Both the position numbers and the translations under genes were made by a program. The notes beneath the pieces were generated by a model. That model worked only from the letters and a program-made list of their open reading frames with translations. It made no database searches and was not told the origin of the DNA. Source: Octopus sinensis (taxonomy: Eukaryota). From it: a stretch of 64,000 bases of DNA. The stretch spans positions 95,790,001 to 95,854,000 of the forward strand of contig NC_043002.1 of NCBI RefSeq assembly GCF_006345805.1, given 5' to 3'. Of the stretch, positions 36,410 to 49,311 are shown in pieces (positions within the stretch are counted from its first letter, which is position 1; the number at the start of each line of letters is the position of its first letter).

Positions 36410-36584
36410 ACCTATCCATTCTTGTTGCTTCTTTCTCGCTTATAATCACCCCACATTACTGTATTGTTAAAACAGTATAGTTTTTTTTGGTGCTTCTAAG
36501 TTAGGTACCATATTCAAGTAAATTCATTTAAATTAACTTGAATCTTTATTGCTTTTTGTATATATATATATATATATATATACA

Positions 36585-36861
36585 TACGTCAAGGGTGGGA
36601 CAGAAAGAGCACGTCAAAACCAACATACAGAAAAATAGATGATAACATGACAAACAGGAAACTAGACAAAAACAAAATACACTCGCTATATATATATATA
36701 TATATATATAGTATGAAACCATTAGGATTTTCCAGACTCTGACTGATAAGGAAAACTGGTGTGAATGGTCTGTGTATCTTCTTTTTGTCTAGTTTCCGGT
36801 TTGTTATGTTATCTATTTTTCTGTATGTTGGTTTTGTTTTGTTCTCTCTGTCCTATCCTTG

Positions 36862-36865
<4 letters not shown>
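36585..36865. repeat. Imperfect ~85-bp inverted repeat flanked by (TA)n
   Basis: TCAAGGGTGGGACAG...GGAAACTAGACAAAAA vs TTTTTGTCTAGTTTCC...CTGTCCTATCCTTGA. Confidence 0.75.
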
Positions 36866-36920
<55 letters not shown>

Positions 36921-37007
36921 CATACATTTGTCTCCCTACTTTGTTATATAAATATATATATTGATTAATGAGAGAGATGGAAGATGGAAGATACAAGAAT
37001 GTTTATT

Positions 37008-37098
37008 GATCACTACAATTGTTTCAATCACTCTAGCATTCATTCCTCACATGTGGGATGCTGAACATCTGGTTTAGGTGTATCCGTCAGTGTAGATG
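37008..37098 (-). ncRNA. Degenerate hammerhead-like motif
   Basis: Minus strand: CTGACGG (A9->G), ATACAC...GTGAT, GAAAC-AATT-GTA; stem I poorly paired. Confidence 0.4.
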
Positions 37099-37344
37099 TG
37101 TCTCCACAGGTGAGAATATGTATTTCGTTAAAATGACATCTGTTCTGCAAGATTTCATCTCGGTATGTGTATACAGACACAGCAAATTAAGGGATACCGC
37201 TTCATTATTATAGAAGATCAATAACAAATATCTGACACATAAAGAAACAAATACACAATTCAGCAAAAAAATTAGATATAATGTTTAGTAGATGTGTGTG
37301 TGTGTATGCGTGTGTGAGTGTGTGTGTGTGTAATTGTCATAATC

Positions 37345-38060
37345 ATCATCATCATTTAATGTCCTTCTTCCATGTTGGCATGGATTAGATGGTTAGACAG
37401 GAGCTGGCCAGGTAGGAGCCTGCACCAAACTTCTGTGTCTGTTCTGACAGGGCTTTTATGGCTGGATGCCCTTCCTAACACCAACCACTCCACAGAATGC
37501 TTTTTACATGGCACAAAGCATAGGCTAGGTCAGTTTAGTATGATTTTTACAGCTGGATGCCCTTCCAAATGCCAACCACTTTACAGTGTAGACTGGACGC
37601 TCTTTAAGTGGCACCAGCACTGTTAGGGTCTCAAAATAATTTGCAAGACAAGGATTCTTTGAGTGGGGAGGGGCATTGGCAGAGGGGATCTTGTGTCAGA
37701 TGATAAAAGGTTTATAGTGATACAGAAATGGGTGTCTTGCTGTAGGGAAGGTACATGGTTACCTGGCCAGAGAAAAGGGGTGAGAGAGAGAGAGGGAAAA
37801 TGAGGACAGAAACAGGTGTGTTGCTGTAAAAGAGATACATGGTTACCCAACCTGAGAGAAGGGCAGAAGAAGAAGAGAGAGAGAGAGAGAGAAAGAGTGG
37901 GAGACAACAGGAATGCAAGAGAGAGCAGGGAAGAGATGGTACCAAAATGCCAGGCATACTCACAAGGGATGAGGATCAGAATATAAAGGGGATGGTCGAG
38001 GAAAAGAAGATAGAAAGAGAGATGTCGGCAAGTGCCAAGGCATACCCTTGAGGTACAGAT
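37345..38060 (-). mobile_element. RTE-like LINE 3' UTR and tail
   Basis: ATCATCATCATTTAATGTCC...CCATGTTGGCATGG tail, GCTGGATGCCCTTCC duplicated; related to 46270-46560 and 60560-60890. Confidence 0.65.
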
Positions 38061-39295
38061 GTCATAATATGAGTGGCAGAGCATTGCCAAAGAAGCGTAG
38101 GTAGAGAGTGGGAGAGCCGAATCAATTTGAAATGATTTAATTAAAAGAACACATTTAGTTACATTATATAGCCATGGTTTTAGATCGTTACGCTCTCGAA
38201 GACAAGTCAGGTGCTTTATGATGCTACTTGTCAATTCCGGGAAAATTATTGACTGTTCTGAGACTTACTAAACTCCGTACATTAAAAGACTACGTCTCAC
38301 GCACACACATTGAAAATACACGCATATACATGAATACACACACAATGAAAGACAGCGAAAATTCAACAGTGTAAAAAGCCCTCCAAAACTGTTGTGGCAG
38401 AAGTCAACATCTCAGAGATTGAAACAAGACACTTATTGAAAGTGAAACAAGACACTAAATAGACTACATCTAGCAGCACAGAAAGGAAAATCTATGTAGG
38501 TTAGGTTTGACGAAGAAGTCGAAACATTTCTCCCGCGAAACAATACTGATGTAAGAAGGTCGAACCTTACGTTATAACAAACGCTAAGCAAAACCTGTAA
38601 TATATGCCCTTTAATATATTAAATGTTGTAAAATTGTTATTTACATTTATAAATCAATTCAATTCTTCGATCTTTCTGGGCCAATGTATCACATTTTCAT
38701 AGAAATTTTCTCTTTTCATCAATTGTTGTAATAAATCTTTTTCAATTGACATTAGTGCTAACCTAGACAGTCTTCTTTCTCCTGTCGCATTTCTTTGGTA
38801 TATTTTAATTCTACTTAATGCAGAAAAGGATCGCTCTATAGAAGCAGTGGTAGACGGAATTGTCAAAAATCAACTTGCACAGATTGAAGAGTTCTGGCAT
38901 AGCTTCAACAAGATCACTGCTGCAAATGTAACTCATTAAATGACTTACACTTCTCTTTTTAGAATCTTTCATTGAGCTCACTTTGTAATCGTATTACATC
39001 AAAAAATCTGCCATAAGTTGTTCTTAAAGAATCTAAAGAGTCCACAGGAAATTGTTTGCAATACTCATCAACTTTGTTCAAAATTCAAAAGTTCCATGAA
39101 TTTAAACTCTTCTAAGGATGAATATCGTGCTTTTATTTGGTCAACTATTGTACTGATAATTTTGTCATAAAGCATTCTATAATGCCTTTGGGGCTCAATA
39201 GATACATTTTTGGATCTCATCGACTCCATATTTCCCCCCCTAACATATCATAAAAGATTGAAAAATTATCAAGTTTGTTTTCGAATACAGTTCTA

Positions 39296-40586
39296 CGAGG
39301 GACGTTCAATAAGTAATGCCTCTGACCCACTTGCAGTTGTTTGATCTTGCTGAGATTTTGCATGTGCAATCATTTATATCTCTATAGAGTACGTGGCAAA
39401 TTACAGCTCTGAATTAATTGTGGTTTCTGATTTACAGGTGTTTGAACCGAGTCAAGTGTAAAATGGAGCCTGTTGAGTGTCGAGCAGTGATCCGGTTTTT
39501 GTATTTGAAAGGACGCACACCACGGGAGACTTTTGATGAAATGAAAGTAACTTATGGTGATGATACCCCATCATATGACCTTGTAAAACGCTGGCATCGT
39601 GAATTTAAACATGGTCGAAACTCTGTGGAAACAGCTCCCAGATCTGGTCGCCCCCTTCTGCCATTGATGAGGCATCTGTCTGTCAAGTTGAGGCTGCCAT
39701 TTTGGAAGATCGACGCATAACTATTTGCGAAATAGCCCATGAGGTCAAGATTAGTACCGGGTCTGTGGAAACTATCATTCATGACCATTGGCATATGCAA
39801 AAGGTGTCTGCCAGATGGATTCCCATGTTGCTCACGCCTTTCCAGAAGCAAGAACGCGTCGAGTGCTCGAGGGTGAATTTGGAGATGTGCCAAGAAGATG
39901 AGTCAAAATTTTTCAAAAGACTGATTACACAGGATGAAACCTGAGTCCATCACGATGATCCAGAGACCAAAGCCCAGTCAATGCAGTGGAAGCACCGTGA
40001 CTCACCCCCTCCAAAGAAGGCAGGGGTGCAGCCCTCCGCTGGCAAGGTCATGCTCACAGTCTTCTGGGACCAGGACGGAGTAGTGATGACAGATTTCCTG
40101 GCAAAGGGTACCACAATTACAGGAGCCTATTATGCTTCACTTTTGAGGAAATTAAGAGAAGTTATCAAAATCAAGAGGCGGGGCAAGATCAGCAAAGGCA
40201 TGCTCCTCCTGCAGGACAACGCTCTGGTCCACAACTCGCGTGTCGCCAGATCAGAAGCACAGGCGTATGGCTATGAACGCCTCCCCATCCCCCCTACTTT
40301 CCTGACCATGCATCCTCTGATTTTCACCTCTTCCCAATCATGAAGTTGTTTTTTAAAGGAAAGCGTTTCCCAGATGATGCAGCCTTGATTTCTGAAGTCA
40401 CGTTGAGGTTGGAGGACCAAGCTGGGTTCTTCTACAAAAACGGTCTCCAGAGCCGCATCAAACGATGGGAGAAATGCGTAACTCTGGGTGGTTCCTATGT
40501 AGAAAAAGACTAATAACTGTGCCAAGTTTCGTTGCTCTACTGCTATGGGAAGTGGGTCAGGGGCATTACTTATTGAATGCCCCTCG
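39296..40586 (+). mobile_element. Mariner copy 2 (TA TSD), transposase with frameshifts and a stop
   Basis: Same TIRs as copy 1; ORF pieces 39464-39720, 39702-39944, 39981-40343; inserted inside the hAT coding region. Confidence 0.95.
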
Positions 40587-42311
40587 TAGTTTTAGCTATT
40601 TGCTCTTTACAATACACTATGTCATGACTTTTACTCTGGAGGATGTTAAATAAGACGTCAGTAAAAGAAAAAATGTCACTGAATACTTCTAACAAAAATA
40701 AGAAATCAGGAGTTTTTAAAGTGTGTAAGTATTCAATTGCTGAGTTTATGATGGTATCATCCCATGCTTCTGGATTTTCAATTTATGTGTTCAAAAAAGT
40801 TGATTATGAAATTATAATTTTCCTTTGTGATAATAAAGACGTGAGGAGTAATTCCATCTAGTTGCTGTTGCTTTCGGAAATCTTTTTTAAACAATGTTAT
40901 CTAGTGCATTAGCCCTTTTCGGTGATTTCGAAAAAATGTAAAGAGTCCGTTTATTGTAGATTAAAATATCTTGCATTCTTTCATAGCAGAGCATGATTGT
41001 GAAAGAACTAAATTGAGGACGTGGGCACAACAATGAATAAAGATTGCACATTCATATTTCTCTCTTACTTTTGCCTGTAACTCATTTAATTGTCCTGCTA
41101 TTGTAACAGCACCATCATATGTCTGTGCAATCAATTTGTTTCCACATTCCCACGTCTCAATGCATTTAAAAACATGTTCAGATAAAGCATTTGCAGATAG
41201 ATCTGCACTAACATCACTAAAACCGATAAATCGTTCTTTCGTCACACAGTCTTCGTGAAACATAACGTAAAACTGTTGACAGTTGTGAAGATGCTGAGAC
41301 ATCAGATGTCTCATCAACAAGAAGAGAAACAAACTTAGCTTGTTCGAATTCCTTTTGCATCTCATTCAATATAACTTTATGAATTGCTTCGATCAAGTCA
41401 TTTTGAATTCTTTTTGACAGACCGGTGAAGATAGAAGCTATATCTAGATGACTTTCCATTTTTTTGTCATATTTACTGATTAAATATACGAGTTCTTTAT
41501 AATTTCCACGATTATAAGAGCCTTCAGGTTCAAAATGACCCCGAAACGATAATTCCTGGAGGCCTAAAAAAATAACAACATCGATTAATCGTTGCAGAAT
41601 GGATTTGTTTCGTCTAACTTTCTAATTATGATGTTGTATGCTTTGATTTTTACATGCATCTAATTGTAAGTCTATGCCAACATTCCTGAATATTTCAAGA
41701 TCCTCTATCAAACATTTTATATACCTTTGAGAACACTCGTGCTTTAGCATAGCCATATGTAAATTATTTAAATCATAATAGCCTTTATCATTCCAAACAT
41801 TCTTTTCTCAGTCAAAAAGTAAACAAGGCCAACAGAATAATTTATTAAGAGCAACACTTCCAGTTAGCCATTTTTTCTTTTCATACAATTTAACCTGAAA
41901 TTGTCTCGTGAATTTCTTGTTGTAGCTTCGCAAATTAGGTAAATTCGGTGTTGGTCTCCCACCATTTATAATTAATTATTTTCCATCGAAGTCTCTTTTC
42001 GAAAAACTGTTTCTCAAAATATCGTTTATAATACACATTTCACTCATTTTGAAAAAGGCTGCTCTTAAATAAGAACACACGTGTAAGCGCCTGCGTAAAT
42101 TGTAAGTCAATTTCAACAAAACGGAAAAATAGCCTTAGTTAAATTAATCTAAGATTAATTAGCTGCTTCTGAAATAAGAAATATAATATAGATTATATTT
42201 TTGTTTTCAAAACACTCCAAAAATATAATAGTGCAAACATGTTTTGGATAAAAAAAATCAAACTTACTGCTTAGGCTATTCCAGCAGGCTAACTCAAGAA
42301 TTATGGGACTG

Positions 42312-42735
42312 CGGATCTTTTCGGTTTGAACGGCAGTTTTTAACATAATTTCTAGGTAACTAAAAGTTTTTTAAACTTCGTATTTTGGTAGAATGTGTTT
42401 ATAAAACATCTTTTTCTCTTGGCTTTATTGAGAGAATTCTATAGTTTGTAAGATATTTGTTGTTGTTTTTCTTCAATTTCTGCAATTTCAACCAATCAAT
42501 GACGTCCATTGAGGTAAACAACATTCTGTGCCATATGAATATGTCCCTCGTTTAAGAAACAGATTGAGTTTATTTACATTTGTGAAGAAAAAAAGATACC
42601 CTTCCTGCCACCCCTAACTAACCCTAACCCTAAAACAGATTGAAATGCAATAGATCGATACTAGGGTCATAATTATGGGTGACAATTTCATATGACACCA
42701 CTAGAAAAAACTGCCATTCAAACCGAAAAGATCCG
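42312..42735. mobile_element. 424-bp MITE with ~30-bp TIRs and 6-bp TSD
   Basis: CGGATCTTTTCGGTTTGAACGGCAGTTTTT / AAAAAACTGCCATTCAAACCGAAAAGATCCG; GGACTG at 42306-42311 and 42736-42741. Confidence 0.88.
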
Positions 42736-42799
42736 GGACTGCTCTTGTTCCGGTCAGAAATTTTATGGGTCAAAAGTGGGACCAGGTTAGCAACAATTC

Positions 42800-43160
42800 T
42801 ACATTAACAGATAGACAGAGAGGGGTGTCATGCGGTCTTCTCAAAGCATGACATGCCACAATGAATTTGTCGAATCACTGAGAGAGAGAGAGAGAGAGAG
42901 AAGAAGGGGGTACAAACTATTATGAATGACCATTCCTCCTAGCATATCTTTTAAACAAGTCACTAAGAGAGAGAGGAAGGAGGGACAAACTAACAAAGAG
43001 AGGGAGATGGAGGTCATGCAGGTATTCTCAAAGCATGACATGCCACAATGAATTTATGGAGTCATTTAGAGAGAGAGAGGAAAGAAGGACAAACTAATAC
43101 AGACAGAGAGGGAGTGTGTGTCATGCGATCTTCTCAAAGCATTTCTCAAAGCAGAAGTAC
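42800..43160. repeat. Degenerate tandem repeat (3 copies of GTCATGC..TCTTCTCAAAGCAT with GA tracts), probably hAT subterminal
   Basis: Motif recurs at ~42826, ~43013 and ~43119. Confidence 0.6.
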
Positions 43161-44414
43161 GAGCCACTGAGAGATGGGAAGGGGAGACAAAATATTTCGA
43201 AAACAACTGAACGGATTTTCTTTGAAGCAAAGTAACTATTTTATCTAATTTTTCGATGATATGGATAAAAAATCACAGGGCATGCAACGCATACCTTTCA
43301 TATCTGAGAGTGCACGCCCCTGAGAGAGAGAGCAACAAGAAAATGGAGGGGATCAATAGGTGGGATTCATCAACTTTTAGACATTATATTATGTCAATTT
43401 ATTTATTTACTAAAAGGACAATTATAGCAGTATACATACATGTATAACATATTATACTTTATATATATAATATATAAAATATAAAAATATCAGCAATTAT
43501 CAAAATATATAACATAGAGCAATAGAAATATATATATTTCATTTATTTCTTTTTTTGATTTCTACCATATGGCTGCACCCATGCAGGAGCACCACCAGAA
43601 TTTCGTACCTTTTCCACATCTTTGCTGCCTGGTTGATTTCTTCAGGATGGTGGGATTTCATGTCACCACTCCTCCATATGCTTTTCTCCTGACCATTGGC
43701 TCATTTAGTGCATCAACTTGTTTGATACTTTCGCCCCATTTGCATCCCATGCTAACATGCCAGTTCATTTGGCATCATGGATAAGAGAAAGTTCAGTTTC
43801 TTTCTGATGACATTCACATCCAAACTGTGCAAGTTTATTAATTTTTTTGGTAGAGCAGTGAAGAGCTCTGGGCTTTTGAACCCTAATTTATTGCAGCACC
43901 TGATCCTTCATAAGCTCTCCACAGATAAAAATACACCAGGCTAACAAGATGTCCTGTGATTGATATTGGAATCTAGGTAATCCAAACTCAAAACCTGTCT
44001 CTAATCAAATTTGTAAATCCACAGCCCAGTTAGAAAACTAAATTGGTATGTTGCTTCAGAGTGATATAGAAAATACACACAGATAATGGATTTTATACAT
44101 TTATAGAAGGCATACAAATGTTTCAGATAAGCATTGGAGGAATTTAGTTCCATAGTTTAATCTTATTAATCAATCAATCCATGATCGATTGACTGAAACT
44201 ACACAGTTGCACAACAAACACTTTTTAATCACACTGCCAAATTCATTTTGCAAACCATGTAGATTATCTCACAACATGACATCCTAAGTAGGTGTCTTGT
44301 GTTATAGCCCTGGGTTGACCATGCCTGACTGGTACATTTTGGGAAAACCAAATCTGTACAGGAGCTCATCATGTATATAAATGTGTGCTTAATGTAAATG
44401 TTTACACCACAAAA

Positions 44415-44725
44415 AAGCATGTGCTCACACACACACACACACTTATATATATACACACATGCATGCATACACACATGCATGCATACACACACATGCACAC
44501 TCACACACACACACACACACACACATACATGCACACAAGATATACACACACATGCACACTCGCACACACACAGACACACACACACAAGATATACACACAC
44601 ATGCACACTCGCACACACACAGACACACACACGCACACACATTCTCATACATGCACATGCATACTCATACACACACACACTCACTCACACACATACACAA
44701 ACACTCTCACTCATGCACACACATG
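44415..44725. repeat. (CA)n/(CATG)-type microsatellite
   Basis: Direct reading. Confidence 0.9.
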
Positions 44726-46566
44726 TTCTGTAGAAACGTTACATTTGTGAGAAGCACTAAAGAGAAGAACTGCTATGGGAATAGCAATTTCATCTTTTCA
44801 CTACCGAAGGTGTGAGCATCAGAAACATGTGTGTCTGGGTTGAATTAAGATTTGTTTGACTATTAATATTTTTATTTCCTCTACTTTATATGTATATCCA
44901 CACACATATATTAGATTACATTATTGTAGCTCTTCCTCCATGAATAAAGCACTCAGTTATTATAACATAAAGCCATACTGAAAGAAATTTTGTGAAATAT
45001 CTGTATATATATAGCAAAATTCTTCTGTCACTGAGTTCAGCATTAGAAATATAAACCTCATGGGATGATAAGATACATGTTTGTCAGTTTAATATTTCTC
45101 TTACAACAAGAGGGAGTTTTTTTTATCATATTTAGAATATTTTGTTCCTACAATATTTGTTATGTTTGTTTTTTCCTTCTTAGCACATTTTCCTCTGAGG
45201 AATAAAGTTTCTCTCTATATTTTATTTCTCCTCATAAATTTCAAAATTAAACAACCACATTCAAAGACTATGTTTTTGGTTAATTTCCGAGAGATTACAG
45301 ATAACATGAAATACCTCTATCATTTTCTTCTTAAACCATTTCAGTCTTTATTTAACACGATCAAAAATATATTTCATTACTGAAATTATTGGTTAATGCA
45401 GTTTACAAATGGTTAATACACTTTACAATTTCCAATTCCAAAAATATAATTCAAAAGTCTTAGACATTAAAAAAGTATTAAATGAAAAACATATTCAAAT
45501 TTACCTAAAATCATTTTTCAAGAACTACATAATTTTTGTCTCCAAGACATAAATAATCTAAAGGAAACATTTGCATATTCATTAAGCATGGCTGTTTGAC
45601 TAAGAAGCTCACTTCATTACTCTATATTGCATGCTCAATCCTATTGTAGAGCTCTTTGTGCAACAGTCTTCTATTATAGCCCTGGGGTAACCAATGCCTT
45701 ATGAGTGGACATAAGATAGAAACTGCAGAGATACATGAAAATATGGCCCATGAGCTAGTAGTTCAACTAGCTTAATGCCTTTTCAACATGGTTATTTTTG
45801 CTTTTGGACTTTTAATGAGATGAAGATTTTAATTATAGTAGAGTTGATAATGTGCATGAGGAATTTATATTGAATTTTATGAGTTTCTTCTGATACTCTC
45901 TCTCTCTCTCTCTCTTTCTCTCTCACTCTCTCACTCTCCCCCCCCTCTCTCTCTCTCTCTCTCTCTCCACATCTCATCACAGGACAAAATCATATTTACT
46001 GCCAGCTCTCCTTCCCTGTGGCAGCACTCCTTTTTTGACATCCATCCTTTATTCTCAGTATCATCTCTCGCCACTTGCTTTTTCCCAGTTCACCCCTTTC
46101 TTTATCACCAGTTATCTCTCTTTCTCCCCTTTCTCTCTCCCTTTTCTCACTCCCCTCTCACACCCCCACCTCTCTCTTCCTCTCCCTTTCTTTCTCCCTC
46201 CCCTGACCTTCATCTTATGATTACCATACCTCACTCTCTGCCTGTATTCTTCCTTATACTCACCTTCTTGTAACTTGAGAATACACCCCAACATCTTGTC
46301 TTTATCTCTCTTTACAGCTACTCCCACCCACCCTTATATAATACAAAGTAGCCATGTATCTCCTCTACAGCAAGACACTTGTTCCCGTCCCTCTATCCTA
46401 CTTTAGTCTCTTGACACTGGCATAAAGCCACTGCTCTCTCTACTACATTTCCACTCAGTCAAGGGGACTTTGTTTTCTGTCTTGGTAACCTTAGAAGGAC
46501 CAGTGCCACAAACAAAAAGCACCTTGTACACTCTGTAAAGTTGGAAGTGGTTGGCATTAGGAAATA

Positions 46567-46865
46567 AAGACCCCCTTCAGTCATGAATGACCATGGGATT
46601 GCACCTAGAAAGTTCCCTTTTGAGGCACAAGTCTGGGCAAGGTTGTTTTTATGGAAGGGCAGCTGTTCTCCATGCATACCAGCCTCCTCTCTCCATGCCA
46701 CTGATGTTATCCAAAGGAAAGGCAAAGACTGATACAGCTTGGCACTAGTGACATTGCAACTGATTTCTGCAGCTGAGTGAACTGGAGCAATGTGGAATAG
46801 AGTGTCTTGCTCACACAGCCTGGTCTGGGAATCAAACACTCTAACCACTAAACCATGTGCCTTCA
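46567..46865 (-). mobile_element. tRNA-headed CORE-like SINE inserted into an RTE-type 3' UTR
   Basis: Minus head TGAAGGCACATGGTTTAGTGGTTAGAG, AGCAAGACACT..ATTGCTCCAGTTCACTCAGCTG; host tail resumes at ~46870 and ends ACATTAAATGATGAT. Confidence 0.6.
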
Positions 46866-47499
46866 TGGCATTAGGAATAGCTTCCAGATATAGAAAGAAA
46901 GCTAAAGCAGACATTGGAAATCAAAGTAGTCCTACAGTTATTAGGATCCTGCCTGTCTGTTCAACCTTTGCAAACATGGAAAACATTAAATGATGATGAT
47001 GATGATGATGGTGACGATAACAACAACGATGGTTATGGTGGCAATGGCAGCAGTGGTGGTGGAGGTGGTGGCGGTGGCATGACGGCGGCACGGTGGCATG
47101 GTGGCACAGTGGCAGCACGATGGCGGCACAGTGGCAGTGGTGGTAATGGTGACAATGACAATGATGATGATGATGATGATTCAATGGAGATGGTGGTGAT
47201 GATGATGATGACAATGTACCTCAGGCTCGTAAGGTTTCCATCAACCAAATTCACTCACAAGACCTCAATCAGCCCTAATCAAGAGTAGAAGATGCTTATC
47301 CAAAGTGTCAAACATTGAGGCTGAACTCAGAACTACATGGCTATTAAGTGAACTTCTCAACATATTCGACAGTTTCTAAATTCCAGAACTATCTTTACTC
47401 TGCCAGTGCAGCAACCCTTAATACAAATATTTTCCTTCCAAAGAAGTTTTATATATTTCTTTTGTAACTGACAAACCCATGCCAGGACCACATAAAGTA

Positions 47500-47835
47500 T
47501 ACCTGTGCCAGTGCCATCTCAAAGATCATCCATGCCGGCACCTCATAGAAAAGCACCCATAGCAGCACCACATAAGAGGCATCTGCGCTGGTGTCACATA
47601 AAAAGCACCCTTGCTGGTGTCACATAAAAAGCACCCTTGCTGGTGTCACATAAAAAGCAACCTTGCTGGTGCTCTGTAAAAGGCACCCTGTTCACCCTGC
47701 ATCCAGTTGTAGAAATGATACCAAAGCAGACAACTAGAGCCTGGTGCTGCCCTCTGGCTTGCCAGCTCCTGCCAAACCACCCAACCCATGCCAGCATGGA
47801 AAACGGACGTTAAATGATGATGACAATGATGCTGA
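47500..47835 (+). mobile_element. RTE 3' tail with 26-bp tandem repeat
   Basis: GCTGGTGTCACATAAAAAGCACCCTT x3 at 47587-47665; tail CCATGCCAGCATGGAAAACGGACGTTAAATGATGATG. Confidence 0.85.
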
Positions 47836-48504
47836 TGATGAATAGAGATCCTCTGTGGGTCTTGGAATGGATCCATGACACCAGTCAAAAATAACAGACG
47901 ATACGCTCTTAGTCACTTAGTTCAAAGAGTAACTGAAAGATAAATGAAGTGTGTGAAAGAACAGTAGAAAATTTCATTGAATAAGAGTAATGTTAATCTT
48001 TTGAAAGAGGAAGACCACAGGTGCAGCTCTTGCGTAAACAAGTTGAAGAGGATTGAAGACATGGGAAATATGTATTCAACTCCAGCAGAAAATGCATAAA
48101 AAGAGGCATATTTTCAAAGTATTCTGACCAAATGTTTGCTGAACTCCCAGCAGCAATTGAGACTGCACACCAAGAACTGGAATGTGCTGTGACCATATGC
48201 TATATAAAGAGAGAAAGGAGTGACATTTTATTATTTCTTTATCTGTTTAGTAGTGGATCATGTCGTCAGAATATGTTGAAATGTCCACTATATTTTTGTG
48301 GTATCTTAATGTCAACTCCACTATCACCATTTTTATCAGTGCTCTGTTAACCTTTTGTAAAAATGACAGGCCATTTCACATCTTTTATCTCGAGGAAACA
48401 ACTGGATTCACCAATAATATCATTATCACTATCACCACTTAACGTCCCTGATGGTAATGATGATGATGATAATGCTGATGATACAATAGAACACATGGTA
48501 TGAC

Positions 48505-48865
48505 TGACAAATATCAAGGAGAGATGTTTGTAGAGGTCACAGCCCATGGATTTAGGAAAGTGCTGAAGGAGACCAAACTCAACATTAAAATCATTGAAAA
48601 ACCAGGGAGCTCCATCAGATCACAGTTATGCATGATGTACCCCTTCAAGAATACTACATGCACCAATGAGAACTGCATGGTATGTAAGATTAACCCTGAC
48701 TGTAACTGTAGAACTAGAAATGTAGTCTACAGCATAAGGTGCATAGAGGGTGCTTGTAAAGACAGGAACATGACATACCTTGGTGAGACGTCTAGAAGCA
48801 TTGCAGAGAGATTAAATGAATATTTAAGACAATATGACAACAAAAACAGTTTTCCATGCTCTACC
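48505..48865 (+). pseudogene. Penelope-like GIY-YIG region with Cys-rich linker, truncated by a SINE
   Basis: IIEKPG..I...C...C..C...C..RNVVYSIRC...C....YLGETSRSIAERLNEY. Confidence 0.8.
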
Positions 48866-48884
48866 AACATACCAATGCACACAC

Positions 48885-49086
48885 ATGTAGAGGGGACAAA
48901 CAAGGACAGACAAAGGAATTAAGTCAATTACATCGATCCAGTGCATAACTGGTACTTATTTGATTGACCCCGAAACGATGAAAGGCAAAGTTGACCTCAT
49001 CAGAATTTGAATTCAGAACATAACGGCACATGATATACAGCTAAGCATTTCGCCCAGTGTGCTAATGATTCTACCAGCTCGCCGCA
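48885..49086 (-). mobile_element. SINE family B
   Basis: Colinear with 1178-1410. Confidence 0.85.
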
Positions 49087-49232
49087 AGTTTCTTGCTTAA
49101 CTGTCAACTCAAAAGAGTGCAGTGTTATATAATTGGGCTGTTACCTGACATCCTGTTGAACCTTCAGTGTGAAACCAACTGGTAAGATCAGTTATAATGG
49201 ATATATAATACTGTACAGTTTGATTAATAATG

Positions 49233-49311
<79 letters not shown>

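Larger units (their letters stand above)
38650..43322 (-). mobile_element. Decayed hAT transposon (ZMYM1/TTF-type transposase) with nested mariner and MITE
   Basis: hATC-like TIPSTTASIERSFSALSRIK..RLSRLALMSIE (38654-38866); YDGA and IHCCAHVLNLVL (40961-41365); SKRIQNDLIEAI..LVDETSDVS (41217-41459); candidate terminus CAGGGGCGTGCAC at 43322; other TIR not found. Confidence 0.75.

Noticed and set aside
36690-36785. GAAAC-CATT...AATG-GTC with possible stem I remnant
   Set aside because: The CUGANGA position is occupied by a TA tract; cannot be called a ribozyme
38060-38650. Second TIR of the hAT element
   Set aside because: No match to CAGGGGCGTGCAC found; left boundary left undefined
44795-44840. 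CCGAAGG...GAAACATGTGTGTC and, at ~63197-63228, TGGTA-CTGAAGA...GTC-TACCA
   Set aside because: Stem II weak or absent and core incomplete; at most highly decayed relics
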